Below, piece after piece: positions 37,210-46,858 of a DNA stretch of 64,000 bases. The notes beneath the pieces are model-generated. The model did no database searches, was not told where the DNA came from, and worked only from the letters and a program-made list of their open reading frames with translations. The stretch's first letter is position 1. Each line of letters starts with the position of its first letter. The position numbers were made by a program, and so were the translations under genes. This stretch comes from an uncultured Alphaproteobacteria bacterium (GTDB taxonomy: Bacteria; Pseudomonadota; Alphaproteobacteria; HIMB59; GCA-002718135): contig CACIXR010000001.1 of assembly GCA_902590695.1 (NCBI GenBank), forward strand, positions 56,335 through 120,334, in the 5' to 3' direction.

Positions 37210-38523
37210 ATGACAGAATACTTTAGTAAAATACCAGAGATTAAATTTGAAGGAGAAGAAAGCACAAATCCATTTGCTTTTAAGTTTTACGATGAAAACA
37301 AAAAAGTTTTAGGCAAGTCTATGAAAGAGCATTTAAGGTTTGCTACTTGCTATTGGCATACATTTACTTGGCCAGGTCTAGATCCGTTCGGAGGTCAAAC
37401 ATTTGATAGACCGTGGATGCAAGCAGGTGATGAAATGAAAATGGCTGAAATGAAACTTGATGCTGCATTTGATTTTTTCACTAAAATAAAAACACCATTT
37501 TTCTGCTTTCACGATAGAGATATTTCTCCTGAAGGTTCAAATTATGCTGAGACACAAAAAAATTTCTTTCATATTATAGATTTAATGGAACAAAAAATTA
37601 ATGACTCAGGAATGAAATTACTGTGGGGAACAGCAAATGCTTTTTCTCATAAAAGATATATGAGCGGTGCTTCGACCAATCCAGACCCAGAAGTTTTTGC
37701 ATATAAAGCTGCACAAGTAAAAGATTGTATGGATGCAACGATGAGACTGGGTGGTCAAAACTATGTTCTTTGGGGTGGAAGAGAAGGATACGAAACCATT
37801 CTTAATACTGACATGACTAAGGAAACAGCTAATCTTCAGAGATTTCTCGAATTAGTCGTTAATTATAAACATAAAATAGGATTTAAAGGACAAATTTTAT
37901 TGGAACCAAAACCTCATGAACCAACTAAACATCAATATGATTTTGATTCTGCAACTTGCTTAGCGTTTTTACGAAAGGCAGGTTTAGAAAATGAGATTAA
38001 ACTAAATGTTGAAGTTAATCATGCAACTTTATCTGGTCATAATTTTGAACATGAAATTGCTTACGCAACTTCAAACAGCGCCTTAGGAAGCATTGATATC
38101 AATAGAGGTGATACTTTAATAGGTTGGGATACGGATCAATTCCCAAATAATCCTGCAGACTTAATTATGTCATTTTATTTTATTTTTAAAAATGGCGGCT
38201 TAGGCCAAGGAGGCATGAACTTTGATGCAAAAATAAGAAGACAATCTATTGACGCTGAAGATTTATTTCATGCTCATATCGGAGGCATGGATGTTTGTGC
38301 AAAAACACTTATTGCTGTTGAAAAATTAATGAATGATAATGTTATTCCTAAGTTTATTGAAGACAGATACTCAGATTGGAATAAAGAATTGGGTCAGCTT
38401 ATTCATAATAAAGATACTGGATTAGATGATATAAATAAAAAAGTAATCGACGATAATATTGAACCAGAACCTCGTTCAGGAAGACAAGAATATCTGGAAA
38501 ATATCTTAAATAAATATTTGTAG
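37210..38523 (+). CDS. xylA: xylose isomerase
   Basis: 437 aa with 'FKFYDE...LRFATCYWHTF', 'FCFHDRD', 'WGGREGY', 'LEPKPHEPTKHQYDFD', 'NHATLSGH' as canonical XylA signatures. Confidence 0.92.
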   Translation: MTEYFSKIPEIKFEGEESTNPFAFKFYDENKKVLGKSMKEHLRFATCYWHTFTWPGLDPFGGQTFDRPWMQAGDEMKMAEMKLDAAFDFFTKIKTPFFCFHDRDISPEGSNYAETQKNFFHIIDLMEQKINDSGMKLLWGTANAFSHKRYMSGASTNPDPEVFAYKAAQVKDCMDATMRLGGQNYVLWGGREGYETILNTDMTKETANLQRFLELVVNYKHKIGFKGQILLEPKPHEPTKHQYDFDSATCLAFLRKAGLENEIKLNVEVNHATLSGHNFEHEIAYATSNSALGSIDINRGDTLIGWDTDQFPNNPADLIMSFYFIFKNGGLGQGGMNFDAKIRRQSIDAEDLFHAHIGGMDVCAKTLIAVEKLMNDNVIPKFIEDRYSDWNKELGQLIHNKDTGLDDINKKVIDDNIEPEPRSGRQEYLENILNKYL

Positions 38524-38565
38524 TTACTAACCATAAGTTTCTATACTAATTGATTTATAAATATT

Positions 38566-39495
38566 ATGAAAATTTATAAATTAGATACAGCATCAGATTT
38601 TGAAAAATTAAACCTTTGTCTTGCAATAGGTAATTTTGATGGAATACATAAAGGGCACCAAGAAATAATAAATAAAATTAAGGAGATTGCATCAAACAAT
38701 AATTTATTATCTTCTATAATGAGTTTTAATCCTCATCCTCGTATTTACTTTAATCAAATTAATGAGCCTTTTAATATTTATACTCAAAGTGATAAAATAA
38801 ATTTTCTTGAAAGATTGGGTTTAGATATATTTATAGATTTTTCTTTTGATAGCAATCTATCAATATTATCAGCTGATGATTTTGTAACTAAAATTCTAAT
38901 TGATAAATTAAATATTAAATACTTAGTTATAGGTTCTGACTTTAAGTTTGGAAAAGACAGAAAAGGTAATTTTAAAACATTAGAAAAGTACGCCGAAAAA
39001 AATAATTTTAATATTCATTTAATCGATCCTATTATGCTTGCTGATAAATCTGATAAATATTCATCTTCAATAATTCGATCACAAATAAAAGATGGTTATA
39101 TGGAAGATGTTACTGAGTCTTTAGGTAGGCTCTGGCATATGCATGGAAAAATAATTGAAGGTGATAAAAGAGCTAGAGAAATCAATTTTCCAACTGCTAA
39201 TATGATACCAGATCAACACATATTACCAAAAAGAGGTGTTTACTGTGTGGAAGTGCTATTAGAAGGCAAAAAATACAAAGGTGTTTCAAATTTTGGTTTA
39301 AGACCAACAGTCGATGGAAGCAAACTCCTTCTAGAGACACATATGTTTAATTTTAGTGAAGAAATATATGGTAAAGAATTGACTGTTGAATTCCTTACAT
39401 TTATTAGGTCTGAACAAAAATTTAATAATTTTGAAGAATTAACCAAGCAAATCAACAAAGATATAAATACAGCTAAAGAATATCATCAACTATAA
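38566..39495 (+). CDS. ribF: bifunctional riboflavin kinase / FMN adenylyltransferase
   Basis: 'IGNFDGIHKGHQ' adenylyltransferase motif and the C-terminal kinase region 'FPTANM...GVSNFGLRPT'. Confidence 0.9.
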   Translation: MKIYKLDTASDFEKLNLCLAIGNFDGIHKGHQEIINKIKEIASNNNLLSSIMSFNPHPRIYFNQINEPFNIYTQSDKINFLERLGLDIFIDFSFDSNLSILSADDFVTKILIDKLNIKYLVIGSDFKFGKDRKGNFKTLEKYAEKNNFNIHLIDPIMLADKSDKYSSSIIRSQIKDGYMEDVTESLGRLWHMHGKIIEGDKRAREINFPTANMIPDQHILPKRGVYCVEVLLEGKKYKGVSNFGLRPTVDGSKLLLETHMFNFSEEIYGKELTVEFLTFIRSEQKFNNFEELTKQINKDINTAKEYHQL

Positions 39496-42272
39496 TGGAA
39501 TATAAAGATACAATTTTTCTTCCCAAAACATCTTTTGAAATGAGAGCTAACCTTCCAGCAAAAGAACCTGCAATAATAGAGGAGTGGGATAAAGAAAATA
39601 TTTTTAAAAAGCTAAGAGATAAATCTAAAGGTAGAGAAAAATTTGTTCTTCATGATGGCCCCCCATACGCAAATGGACATATTCATATGGGAACTGCTCT
39701 TAACAAAATTTTAAAAGACGTCATTGTGCGAACACAACAAATGACTGGTAAAGATTCTATCTATGTTCCTGGTTGGGATTGTCACGGCTTACCAATTGAA
39801 TGGAAAATAGAAGAAGAATATAGAAAAAAAGGAAAGAACAAGGATGATGTTCCAACTGTTCAATTTAGAAATGAGTGTAGAGAGTTTGCAGAAAAATGGA
39901 TCGAGATACAAAAAAAAGAATTTAGACGACTTGGTGTTGAAGGAGATTGGGAAAATCCTTACCTCACAATGTCAAATCAAGCAGAAGCGCAAATTGTTCG
40001 AGAACTTGGAAAATTTCTACTTGATGAAAGCTTGTACAAAGGAGCAAAACCAGTTCTCTGGTCTGTTGTCGAAAAGACAGCTTTAGCTGATGCTGAAGTT
40101 GAATATGAAGATCATACGTCCAACACTATATATGTTAAATTTTTAATTAAAAATTCTACAGATAAAGATTTAATTGATTCTAATATTGTTATTTGGACAA
40201 CAACTCCTTGGACGATTCCAGGTAACAGAGCTCTGGCTTATGGTAAAGAATTAGATTATTCACTTATTGTTGTTGAAGAATTAGAAGAAAATACTTTAGT
40301 CAAAAAAAATGATAAATTAATATTTGCTTCAGAACTTTTAGAAAATGTAACTAAAGAAATTGGAATTAAAAAATTTAGTATAAAAAAGAAATTTAAAGGA
40401 GATAGTTTATCTTCTTGTGAATGTGAACATCCGTTTAAACAAATGGGATACGATTTTATTGTAAAACCATTTCATGGAGATTTTGTAAACTTAGAACAGG
40501 GAACAGGAGTTGTGCATATAGCTCCTGGACACGGAGATGATGATTATGTTTTAGGTATAGAAAATAATGTTGATATTATCCAGACAGTTCAAGATGATGG
40601 AAAATATAATCAACATGCCGTTGGTTTTGAAGGCGAGCATATTTATAAAGTAGATCACAAAATTGCAGATAAATTAGAAGAATTTTCAAAATTATTATTT
40701 AAAGGTACTCTTCGTCATAGCTACCCACATTCATGGCGGTCTAAAGCCCCTCTTATTTATAGAAATACTCCACAATGGTTCATTTCCATGGAAAAAAATA
40801 ATTTAAGAGACATTGCTCTTAAATCAATTGATGAAACTATTTTCTATCCTCCTCAAGGCCAAACAAGGCTTAGATCAATGATTGAAACTAGACCAGATTG
40901 GTGTGTATCTAGACAAAGAGTGTGGGGTGTACCTTTACCATTATTTGTAAATAAAAAAACGGGTCAACCTTTAAGAGATGAAAATATTATCAATAGAATA
41001 GCAGACATATATGAAAAAGAAGGAAGCAATACGTGGTTTACCGAAGATCCACAAAGGTTTTTAGGAGATGATTATTCACTTGATGATTATGAACAGGTTA
41101 AAGATGTAGTTGAAGTATGGTTTGATAGTGGTTCTACACATGCTTTTTGTCTAGAACAAAGAGAAGATTTGAAATGGCCTGCATCGATGTACTTGGAAGG
41201 AAGCGATCAACACAGAGGATGGTTTCATTCATCTCTTTTGGAATCTTCTGGCACAAGAGGTAAAGCGCCTTATGAAAGTGTCCTGACACACGGGTTTGTT
41301 GTTGATGGAAGAGGGCGTAAAATGTCTAAATCTTTAGGTAATGTCATTTCTCCTGATGATATTTTAAAAAAATATGGAGTAGATATTTTAAGATTATGGG
41401 TTGTTGCTTCTGATTATTATGATGATCTTAAACTTGATAATGCTATTCTACAATCACAAGCTGAGTCTTATAGAAGAATAAGAAATACCTTTCGTTTTTT
41501 AATCGGCAATTTAAGTGATTTTACTGAAGAAGAAGCTATTGATGAGAGTGAGTTTCCAGAGTTAGAAAGATATCTTCTACATCGGTTGTGGGAAGTTGAT
41601 AAAGTCGTTCAAAAATGTGTATCAACATTTAACTTTCACTTGATGTTTACTACACTACTGAACTTTTGTTCAAGTGATCTTTCAGCTTTTTATTTTGATA
41701 TTAGAAAAGACACAATATATTGTGATAGTAAAGAGTCCGTTCAAAGAAGATCTACTAGAACTCTATTAAATATAATTTTTAATCATTTAGTAAGATGGTT
41801 TGCCCCATCTATTTCCTTTACTTCTGAAGAAGCCTGGAAAGCTATGGGAAATAAAGAAAGTATACACCTACAAGATTTTTTACAATGTAAAAATGAATAT
41901 GAGGATAATCAATTAAATGAAAAATGGAGTTTAATTAAAAATATTAGAAAAGTTGCTACTGGAGCAATTGAAAAAATTAGAGAAGAAAAAATTATTCGCT
42001 CAAGTCTTGAGGCACACATAGATATTTTTGTTTCTGCAGAAAATCATAAAAAACTAGAGGAAGTAATGTTTGATGAAATTACAATTACTTCATCATTTTC
42101 TTTGTATGTTATTGACGAAAAATCCAAAGGTTTTTCTATTGAAGATATTTCTGATGTTATCGTAAAAGCTTCAAAGGTAAATGGAGAAAAGTGTCAAAGA
42201 TGTTGGAAATATGAGGCAAAGTTAATAAATGATGAAGTTTGTAACAGGTGTAATACTGTAATATTTAAGTGA
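39495..42272 (+). CDS. ileS: isoleucine--tRNA ligase
   Basis: HIGH-type motif 'PYANGHIHMG', KMSKS 'RKMSKSLGN', C-terminal zinc CxxC pairs, 925 aa. ribF-ileS-lspA synteny. Confidence 0.95.
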   Translation: MEYKDTIFLPKTSFEMRANLPAKEPAIIEEWDKENIFKKLRDKSKGREKFVLHDGPPYANGHIHMGTALNKILKDVIVRTQQMTGKDSIYVPGWDCHGLPIEWKIEEEYRKKGKNKDDVPTVQFRNECREFAEKWIEIQKKEFRRLGVEGDWENPYLTMSNQAEAQIVRELGKFLLDESLYKGAKPVLWSVVEKTALADAEVEYEDHTSNTIYVKFLIKNSTDKDLIDSNIVIWTTTPWTIPGNRALAYGKELDYSLIVVEELEENTLVKKNDKLIFASELLENVTKEIGIKKFSIKKKFKGDSLSSCECEHPFKQMGYDFIVKPFHGDFVNLEQGTGVVHIAPGHGDDDYVLGIENNVDIIQTVQDDGKYNQHAVGFEGEHIYKVDHKIADKLEEFSKLLFKGTLRHSYPHSWRSKAPLIYRNTPQWFISMEKNNLRDIALKSIDETIFYPPQGQTRLRSMIETRPDWCVSRQRVWGVPLPLFVNKKTGQPLRDENIINRIADIYEKEGSNTWFTEDPQRFLGDDYSLDDYEQVKDVVEVWFDSGSTHAFCLEQREDLKWPASMYLEGSDQHRGWFHSSLLESSGTRGKAPYESVLTHGFVVDGRGRKMSKSLGNVISPDDILKKYGVDILRLWVVASDYYDDLKLDNAILQSQAESYRRIRNTFRFLIGNLSDFTEEEAIDESEFPELERYLLHRLWEVDKVVQKCVSTFNFHLMFTTLLNFCSSDLSAFYFDIRKDTIYCDSKESVQRRSTRTLLNIIFNHLVRWFAPSISFTSEEAWKAMGNKESIHLQDFLQCKNEYEDNQLNEKWSLIKNIRKVATGAIEKIREEKIIRSSLEAHIDIFVSAENHKKLEEVMFDEITITSSFSLYVIDEKSKGFSIEDISDVIVKASKVNGEKCQRCWKYEAKLINDEVCNRCNTVIFK

Positions 42273-42721
42273 TTAAAACAACAGTATTCATTTTTTTGAT
42301 TTTATTAGATATATTAACAAAATTTTTTATTCAGAATAATTTATTTTTAAATCAATCAATACAAATCAATGAATATTTTGATTTAGTTTATGTTCAGAAC
42401 TTTGGTGTTTCTTTTGGTTTATTTTCTGGTTATGTTTCTCATTGGATATTAATACTTATAGCCTTAATAGTTGTTATATTAATTTTTTATTTACTTATTA
42501 AATCAGATAAACAACTTGAAAAACTGGCTTATTTCTTTGTTATAATTGGGGCTTTGTCAAATATTATTGATAGATTGATAAATAGTTATGTTGTTGATTT
42601 TATCTTACTACATTATGAAAATTTTTATTGGCCCGCATTTAATCTAGCAGATATTTATATTACAATTGGAATTATCATGTTAATAATGAGTTTTTTTATA
42701 AAATCAAAAACAGTAAAATGA
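42269..42721 (+). CDS. lspA: lipoprotein signal peptidase (signal peptidase II)
   Basis: 'NFGVSFGLF', 'VVDFI' and 'FNLADIYITIG' motifs with four TM segments. Confidence 0.9.
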   Translation: MIKTTVFIFLILLDILTKFFIQNNLFLNQSIQINEYFDLVYVQNFGVSFGLFSGYVSHWILILIALIVVILIFYLLIKSDKQLEKLAYFFVIIGALSNIIDRLINSYVVDFILLHYENFYWPAFNLADIYITIGIIMLIMSFFIKSKTVK

Positions 42722-43218
42722 AAAACGTTATTTTTGTAACAATCATTTCCTCAATTTTTCTATCCTCTTGTAATACTATAAGAAGTAGTGCGGGTGTAGA
42801 AAGAAAAGTAATAGATGAATACACTGTAGTTGAAAATCCTCCATTAGTAATCCCGCCAAATTTTAATTTATTACCACCTGATCAAATTGAATCAAAAGAT
42901 ATTGATGATACCGATAGTGAGCTTGCAAAGGAAATTCTCTTTGGTCTGGATGAAGAAAGTGATGAAACACCTTCTGAAAATTCTGTTATCGACAATATTT
43001 TAAAAGAAACTAAAGCAGATCAAGTAGATAATAGTATCAGAGAAGATCTTGATGGAAACTCAGAAGATGAAATAAGCCAAGATAATACAGATGTTGAGAG
43101 TGAAAATATAGAAGAGCCAAAAAAGAAGAAAAGATTTTTCTTTTTCAAAAGTAAAAAAGAAAATGAAGATGACGAAGAAGGTGAACCTAAAAAGAAAAAA
43201 AGATTTTTCTTCTTTTAA
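42718..43218 (+). CDS. acidic lipoprotein with duplicated basic/aromatic C-terminal motif
   Basis: Lipobox FLSS-C at the end of a signal peptide, a long Asp/Glu/Ser-rich region, and two copies of EPKKKKRFFFF. ATGA overlap with lspA. Confidence 0.7.
   Translation: MKNVIFVTIISSIFLSSCNTIRSSAGVERKVIDEYTVVENPPLVIPPNFNLLPPDQIESKDIDDTDSELAKEILFGLDEESDETPSENSVIDNILKETKADQVDNSIREDLDGNSEDEISQDNTDVESENIEEPKKKKRFFFFKSKKENEDDEEGEPKKKKRFFFF
43114..43215 (+). repeat. two 33-nt direct repeats encoding EPKKKKRFFFF inside the lipoprotein gene
   Basis: Copy 1 at 43114-43146 and copy 2 at 43183-43215, period 69 nt. The copies are imperfect at the DNA level but encode identical peptides. Confidence 0.8.
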
Positions 43219-43226
43219 TTTTATAA

Positions 43227-44426
43227 ATGGAAATAAGATACTTTAATTCAAATTTTGACAAAATCACTCAAAATAAAGATACTGATCAAAGTATAACTAA
43301 TTTAATAGAAAAACTTCCTTCTCTGAATATTGTTTCAGATAAAAATTTATTAGAAGAAACCATAAAAATTTCAAATCAATTTAAAGAGAAAAAAGAAAAA
43401 ATAATTGTATTTGGTACAGGAGGTTCAAATTTAGGAGCTAGAGCATTAAATAATATTATTTCCAATAATAAAATTATCTTAGAATTTTATGATAATGTTG
43501 ACCCTATTAATTTTGAAAAAAATTTTCAAAATATTAATTTTGAGCTAACTGGTTTCTTGGTTATTTCAAAATCGGGTACTACACCAGAGACATTATCTCA
43601 ATTTTCATGTCTCTATCAAAAGGCAATAGAAGCTAACAAAGTTGAAGATTTCTTTTCAAATACTCTAATCATAACTGAATTTAAAGAATCACCACTTTTT
43701 AAAATTGCAAAAGATAATAATTGTTTACTATTAGAGCATCATAAAGATGTTGGAGGCAGATATTCTATATTTACCAATGTTGGTATAGTTCCCGCAATCA
43801 TTTCTGGATTAAATATAGATGCACTTTTTGGTGGAGCATCTGAAGTAATTAATAATATTGATAATTACAAACCGTACGATCTTGGAAGATATTTAACTCA
43901 AAAAGAAAATGTAAAATTTACTAATAATGTATTAATGACATATTCTGATTCACTTTATTTTTTTGGAAAATGGTATCTGCAACTTTGGGCAGAAAGTATT
44001 GGAAAAAATAATAAAGGTATTACAGCAATTCATTCAGTAGGGACCACTGATCAGCATAGTCAACTACAACTGTATTTAGATGGACCTAAAGATAAATATT
44101 TCACCTTTATCACTACTGATCATTCAAATAAGGGCATAAAAATTAATAATAATATGTTTAAAAATACCGATATTGACTATTTTAAAGATAAAACAATGGG
44201 AGATCTAATGGAGGCTGAACAGCGCGCAACCATTGAAACTTTTAAATTAAATAATTTTAGTTTTAGAGAAATCTATATTCCTAAAATAGATGAACAAAAC
44301 TTAGGTAAAATATTATCTTTTAGTATAATAGAAACAATTGCTTCCTGCATGTATTTAGATGTTGATCCATTCGATCAACCTGCTGTTGAACAAGGTAAAA
44401 AACTAACTAAAACTTATTTAAGATAA
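43227..44426 (+). CDS. pgi: glucose-6-phosphate isomerase (short form)
   Basis: PGI signatures 'ISKSGTTPET' and 'DVGGRYSIFTNVG', 399 aa. Confidence 0.82.
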   Translation: MEIRYFNSNFDKITQNKDTDQSITNLIEKLPSLNIVSDKNLLEETIKISNQFKEKKEKIIVFGTGGSNLGARALNNIISNNKIILEFYDNVDPINFEKNFQNINFELTGFLVISKSGTTPETLSQFSCLYQKAIEANKVEDFFSNTLIITEFKESPLFKIAKDNNCLLLEHHKDVGGRYSIFTNVGIVPAIISGLNIDALFGGASEVINNIDNYKPYDLGRYLTQKENVKFTNNVLMTYSDSLYFFGKWYLQLWAESIGKNNKGITAIHSVGTTDQHSQLQLYLDGPKDKYFTFITTDHSNKGIKINNNMFKNTDIDYFKDKTMGDLMEAEQRATIETFKLNNFSFREIYIPKIDEQNLGKILSFSIIETIASCMYLDVDPFDQPAVEQGKKLTKTYLR

Positions 44427-44978
44427 TTTAAAAATATAAATTATTGTTTTACCGTAAGTCTTTTTTTGAAGTAGATTTAAATTTTCTGGAATTACAATAT
44501 TATCTTTCACGCCCGTTTCTAAACCAATCACGGTAGTATTTTTAATTTTACTTGATAAATTTTCTAAAAGATTTGTTAAATTATACTTTGCATATGGTGG
44601 ATCAATATAAACAACTGAAATATTTTGAAATTCTATTTCTAATTTAGAATGAATAAGGTCTTCTTCATAAATTTTAAATTGATTATTTTTACAAATACTT
44701 AAACAATTTTTTTTTAGAATTTTAAGAACTTCAATATTATTCTCAAAAAAAATTACTTCACTCATACCTCTAGAAATTGCTTCTAAACCCATTGTGCCAA
44801 TTCCTGCAAAAAGATCTAAAAAAATTTGATTTTTATATAATTCGATAGAATTTTTGATTGCATAACTTTCAATAATTGAAAAAAAAGCTTCTCTTTTTAG
44901 AGAAGAAGTTGGTCTTACAAAATCATTAATACTAGCTAATTTTTTTTGCTTAAACTTTCCTCCAGTAATCCGTATCAT
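44418..44978 (-). CDS. rsmD: 16S rRNA (guanine966-N2)-methyltransferase
   Basis: SAM motif 'DLFAGIGTMGLEAISRG' and the 'DPPY' motif, 186 aa. Confidence 0.85.
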   Translation of the reverse strand: MIRITGGKFKQKKLASINDFVRPTSSLKREAFFSIIESYAIKNSIELYKNQIFLDLFAGIGTMGLEAISRGMSEVIFFENNIEVLKILKKNCLSICKNNQFKIYEEDLIHSKLEIEFQNISVVYIDPPYAKYNLTNLLENLSSKIKNTTVIGLETGVKDNIVIPENLNLLQKKTYGKTIIYIFKLS

Positions 44979-45667
44979 TTGCTAATTGAATTTAATTTTT
45001 GAAATTGCCCTTCTTTAAGTCTTCCAAGCTTATAAGGGCCATATGCAATTCTTATTAATTTAACAATATTCCATGAAAAATAATTACAAATATTTCTAAT
45101 TTCTCTATTTTTTCCTTCTTTAAGTTTAAAAATTAACCAACTATGATTTTTTAATTTCTTATCAAAGGCGACTTTAATTTTTTTATAACTAATTTCTTTA
45201 ATTGTAATGCCTTTATTAATTTTTTGTAAATCAGTATTTTCTACATTGCTATTTATACAAACTCTATAGATCCGCTCAATGTTTGAGGATGGATGTTCTA
45301 AATATCTTGAATAATCACCATTATTAGTTAGCAAAATCAATCCTTCACTCATATAATCTAATCTTCCTACACTTATTAATTGACCAACATTTTTTGGTAA
45401 TAAATCAAAAATTTTTTTTCTACCTAAATTATCTTTTGTACTACAAATATATTTTATTGGTTTGTATAACTTCCATACTTCAACTTTATTTGCTTTTTTA
45501 ACAATTTTATTATTAACCTTAATTATATCTAAATTACTTACTTTATGACTTGGATGAAGGCATACTTGATTATTAATTTTAATTTTTTTTTCTATAATTA
45601 ATTTTTCAGCATCTCTTCGTGAACAAATTCCAGCACTTGATAGATATTTTGAAATTCTAATATTCAC
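44975..45667 (-). CDS. pseudouridine synthase, RsuA/RluB family
   Basis: N-terminal S4 domain 'RISKYLSSAGICSRRDAEKLI' and catalytic 'GRLDYMSEGL'. Confidence 0.85.
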   Translation of the reverse strand: MNIRISKYLSSAGICSRRDAEKLIIEKKIKINNQVCLHPSHKVSNLDIIKVNNKIVKKANKVEVWKLYKPIKYICSTKDNLGRKKIFDLLPKNVGQLISVGRLDYMSEGLILLTNNGDYSRYLEHPSSNIERIYRVCINSNVENTDLQKINKGITIKEISYKKIKVAFDKKLKNHSWLIFKLKEGKNREIRNICNYFSWNIVKLIRIAYGPYKLGRLKEGQFQKLNSISK

Positions 45668-46362
45668 TTTGTTTCACTAATAAAATTTTTAATTATTTTT
45701 ATATCATATTTTGTTATTAAAAATTCAGGATGCCATTGTAAGCCAATACACCATTTGTGCTTTTTATGCTCTATTCCTTCAATAACACCATCATTTGCTG
45801 CACACGAAACATTTAAGTCCTTACCTACTTTTTTTATTGATTGATGATGTGCACTATTAACATTTATTTTTTGAGTCCCACATATCTTATGTAGTTTAGT
45901 ATTTTTCGAAATATTAACACTATGACTAGTTTGATTTCTTGGCTTCACTTGTTCATGGTTTATCGGATTTCTTTTTAAATCTTGTATTAATGTTCCACCA
46001 CATGCAACATTGATAAGTTGTGCACCACCACAAATTCCTAATATAGGTTTGTTGTATTTAAAAAATTTATTGAAAATATTTAATTCAAAATTTGTTCTCT
46101 TATTTTTAATATTTTTAGATTGAGTATTACTTGTTTTATATAATTTAGGATTAATATCAAAATCTCCCCCAGTAATAATTAAACCATCAATTAAATGACA
46201 AAAATCATCAATATATTTTTTTTCATGTAACAAAGGAAATGGAATAGCATTAAATTTTGTTAAGGAAGTTAAGTAATTTTCCCTTAACGCATACCATGGA
46301 AATTTTGAGTATGTTTTCTTTTTTTCAATATCAAGAGTTATTCCAATAATTGGTTTTTTCAT
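45664..46362 (-). CDS. class I glutamine amidotransferase-like hydrolase (peptidase C26, gamma-glutamyl-GABA hydrolase family)
   Basis: Nucleophile elbow 'GICGGAQ' and 'GLQWHPEF'. Confidence 0.8.
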   Translation of the reverse strand: MKKPIIGITLDIEKKKTYSKFPWYALRENYLTSLTKFNAIPFPLLHEKKYIDDFCHLIDGLIITGGDFDINPKLYKTSNTQSKNIKNKRTNFELNIFNKFFKYNKPILGICGGAQLINVACGGTLIQDLKRNPINHEQVKPRNQTSHSVNISKNTKLHKICGTQKINVNSAHHQSIKKVGKDLNVSCAANDGVIEGIEHKKHKWCIGLQWHPEFLITKYDIKIIKNFISETK

Positions 46363-46402
46363 TATAATTCAACTATAATGTACAACATAAGTGTGTTCCA
46401 GA

Positions 46403-46858
46403 ATGAACGTTGATTTTTTTATGAAAGAAGCAATTATTGAAGCAGACAAAGCTTATAATTTAAATGAGGTTCCAGTTGGAGGAATACTTGTTGATAATAC
46501 AACGAACAAGATTGTGGCCAGAAGCTACAACACAATAAATAAAAATAAAAATGCTATCAAACATTGTGAATTAAATCTTATTCAAGAAACTTGCGAAAGA
46601 CTAAAACTTAAATATTTAGAAAATATGACATTATTTGTTACCTTGGAACCATGCACAATGTGCGCTAGTGCAATAAGTGAAGTACATATTAAAGATCTAT
46701 ATTTTGGGGCGTATGATGAAAAAAATGGAGGAATTGAAAAACTCCGGGTTGCTTTTCAAAGAGAAAATATATTTATGCCAAATATTTATGGTGGCATTAT
46801 GGAAAAAGAATGTAGTAATTTATTAAAAAAGTTTTTTAAATATAAGCATGATAGATAA
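46403..46858 (+). CDS. tadA: tRNA-specific adenosine deaminase
   Basis: Zinc motifs H-C-E and PCTMC. Start uncertain: ATG 46403 or ATG 46421, both in frame (the track used GTG 46391). Confidence 0.85.
   Translation: MNVDFFMKEAIIEADKAYNLNEVPVGGILVDNTTNKIVARSYNTINKNKNAIKHCELNLIQETCERLKLKYLENMTLFVTLEPCTMCASAISEVHIKDLYFGAYDEKNGGIEKLRVAFQRENIFMPNIYGGIMEKECSNLLKKFFKYKHDR

Noticed and set aside
37210-38523. xylA as merely a generic xylose-isomerase-like TIM-barrel (IolE or lyase type)
   Set aside because: Length (437 aa) and the signatures FATCYWHTF, WGGREGY, LEPKPHEP and NHATLSGH identify a bona fide class II xylose isomerase.
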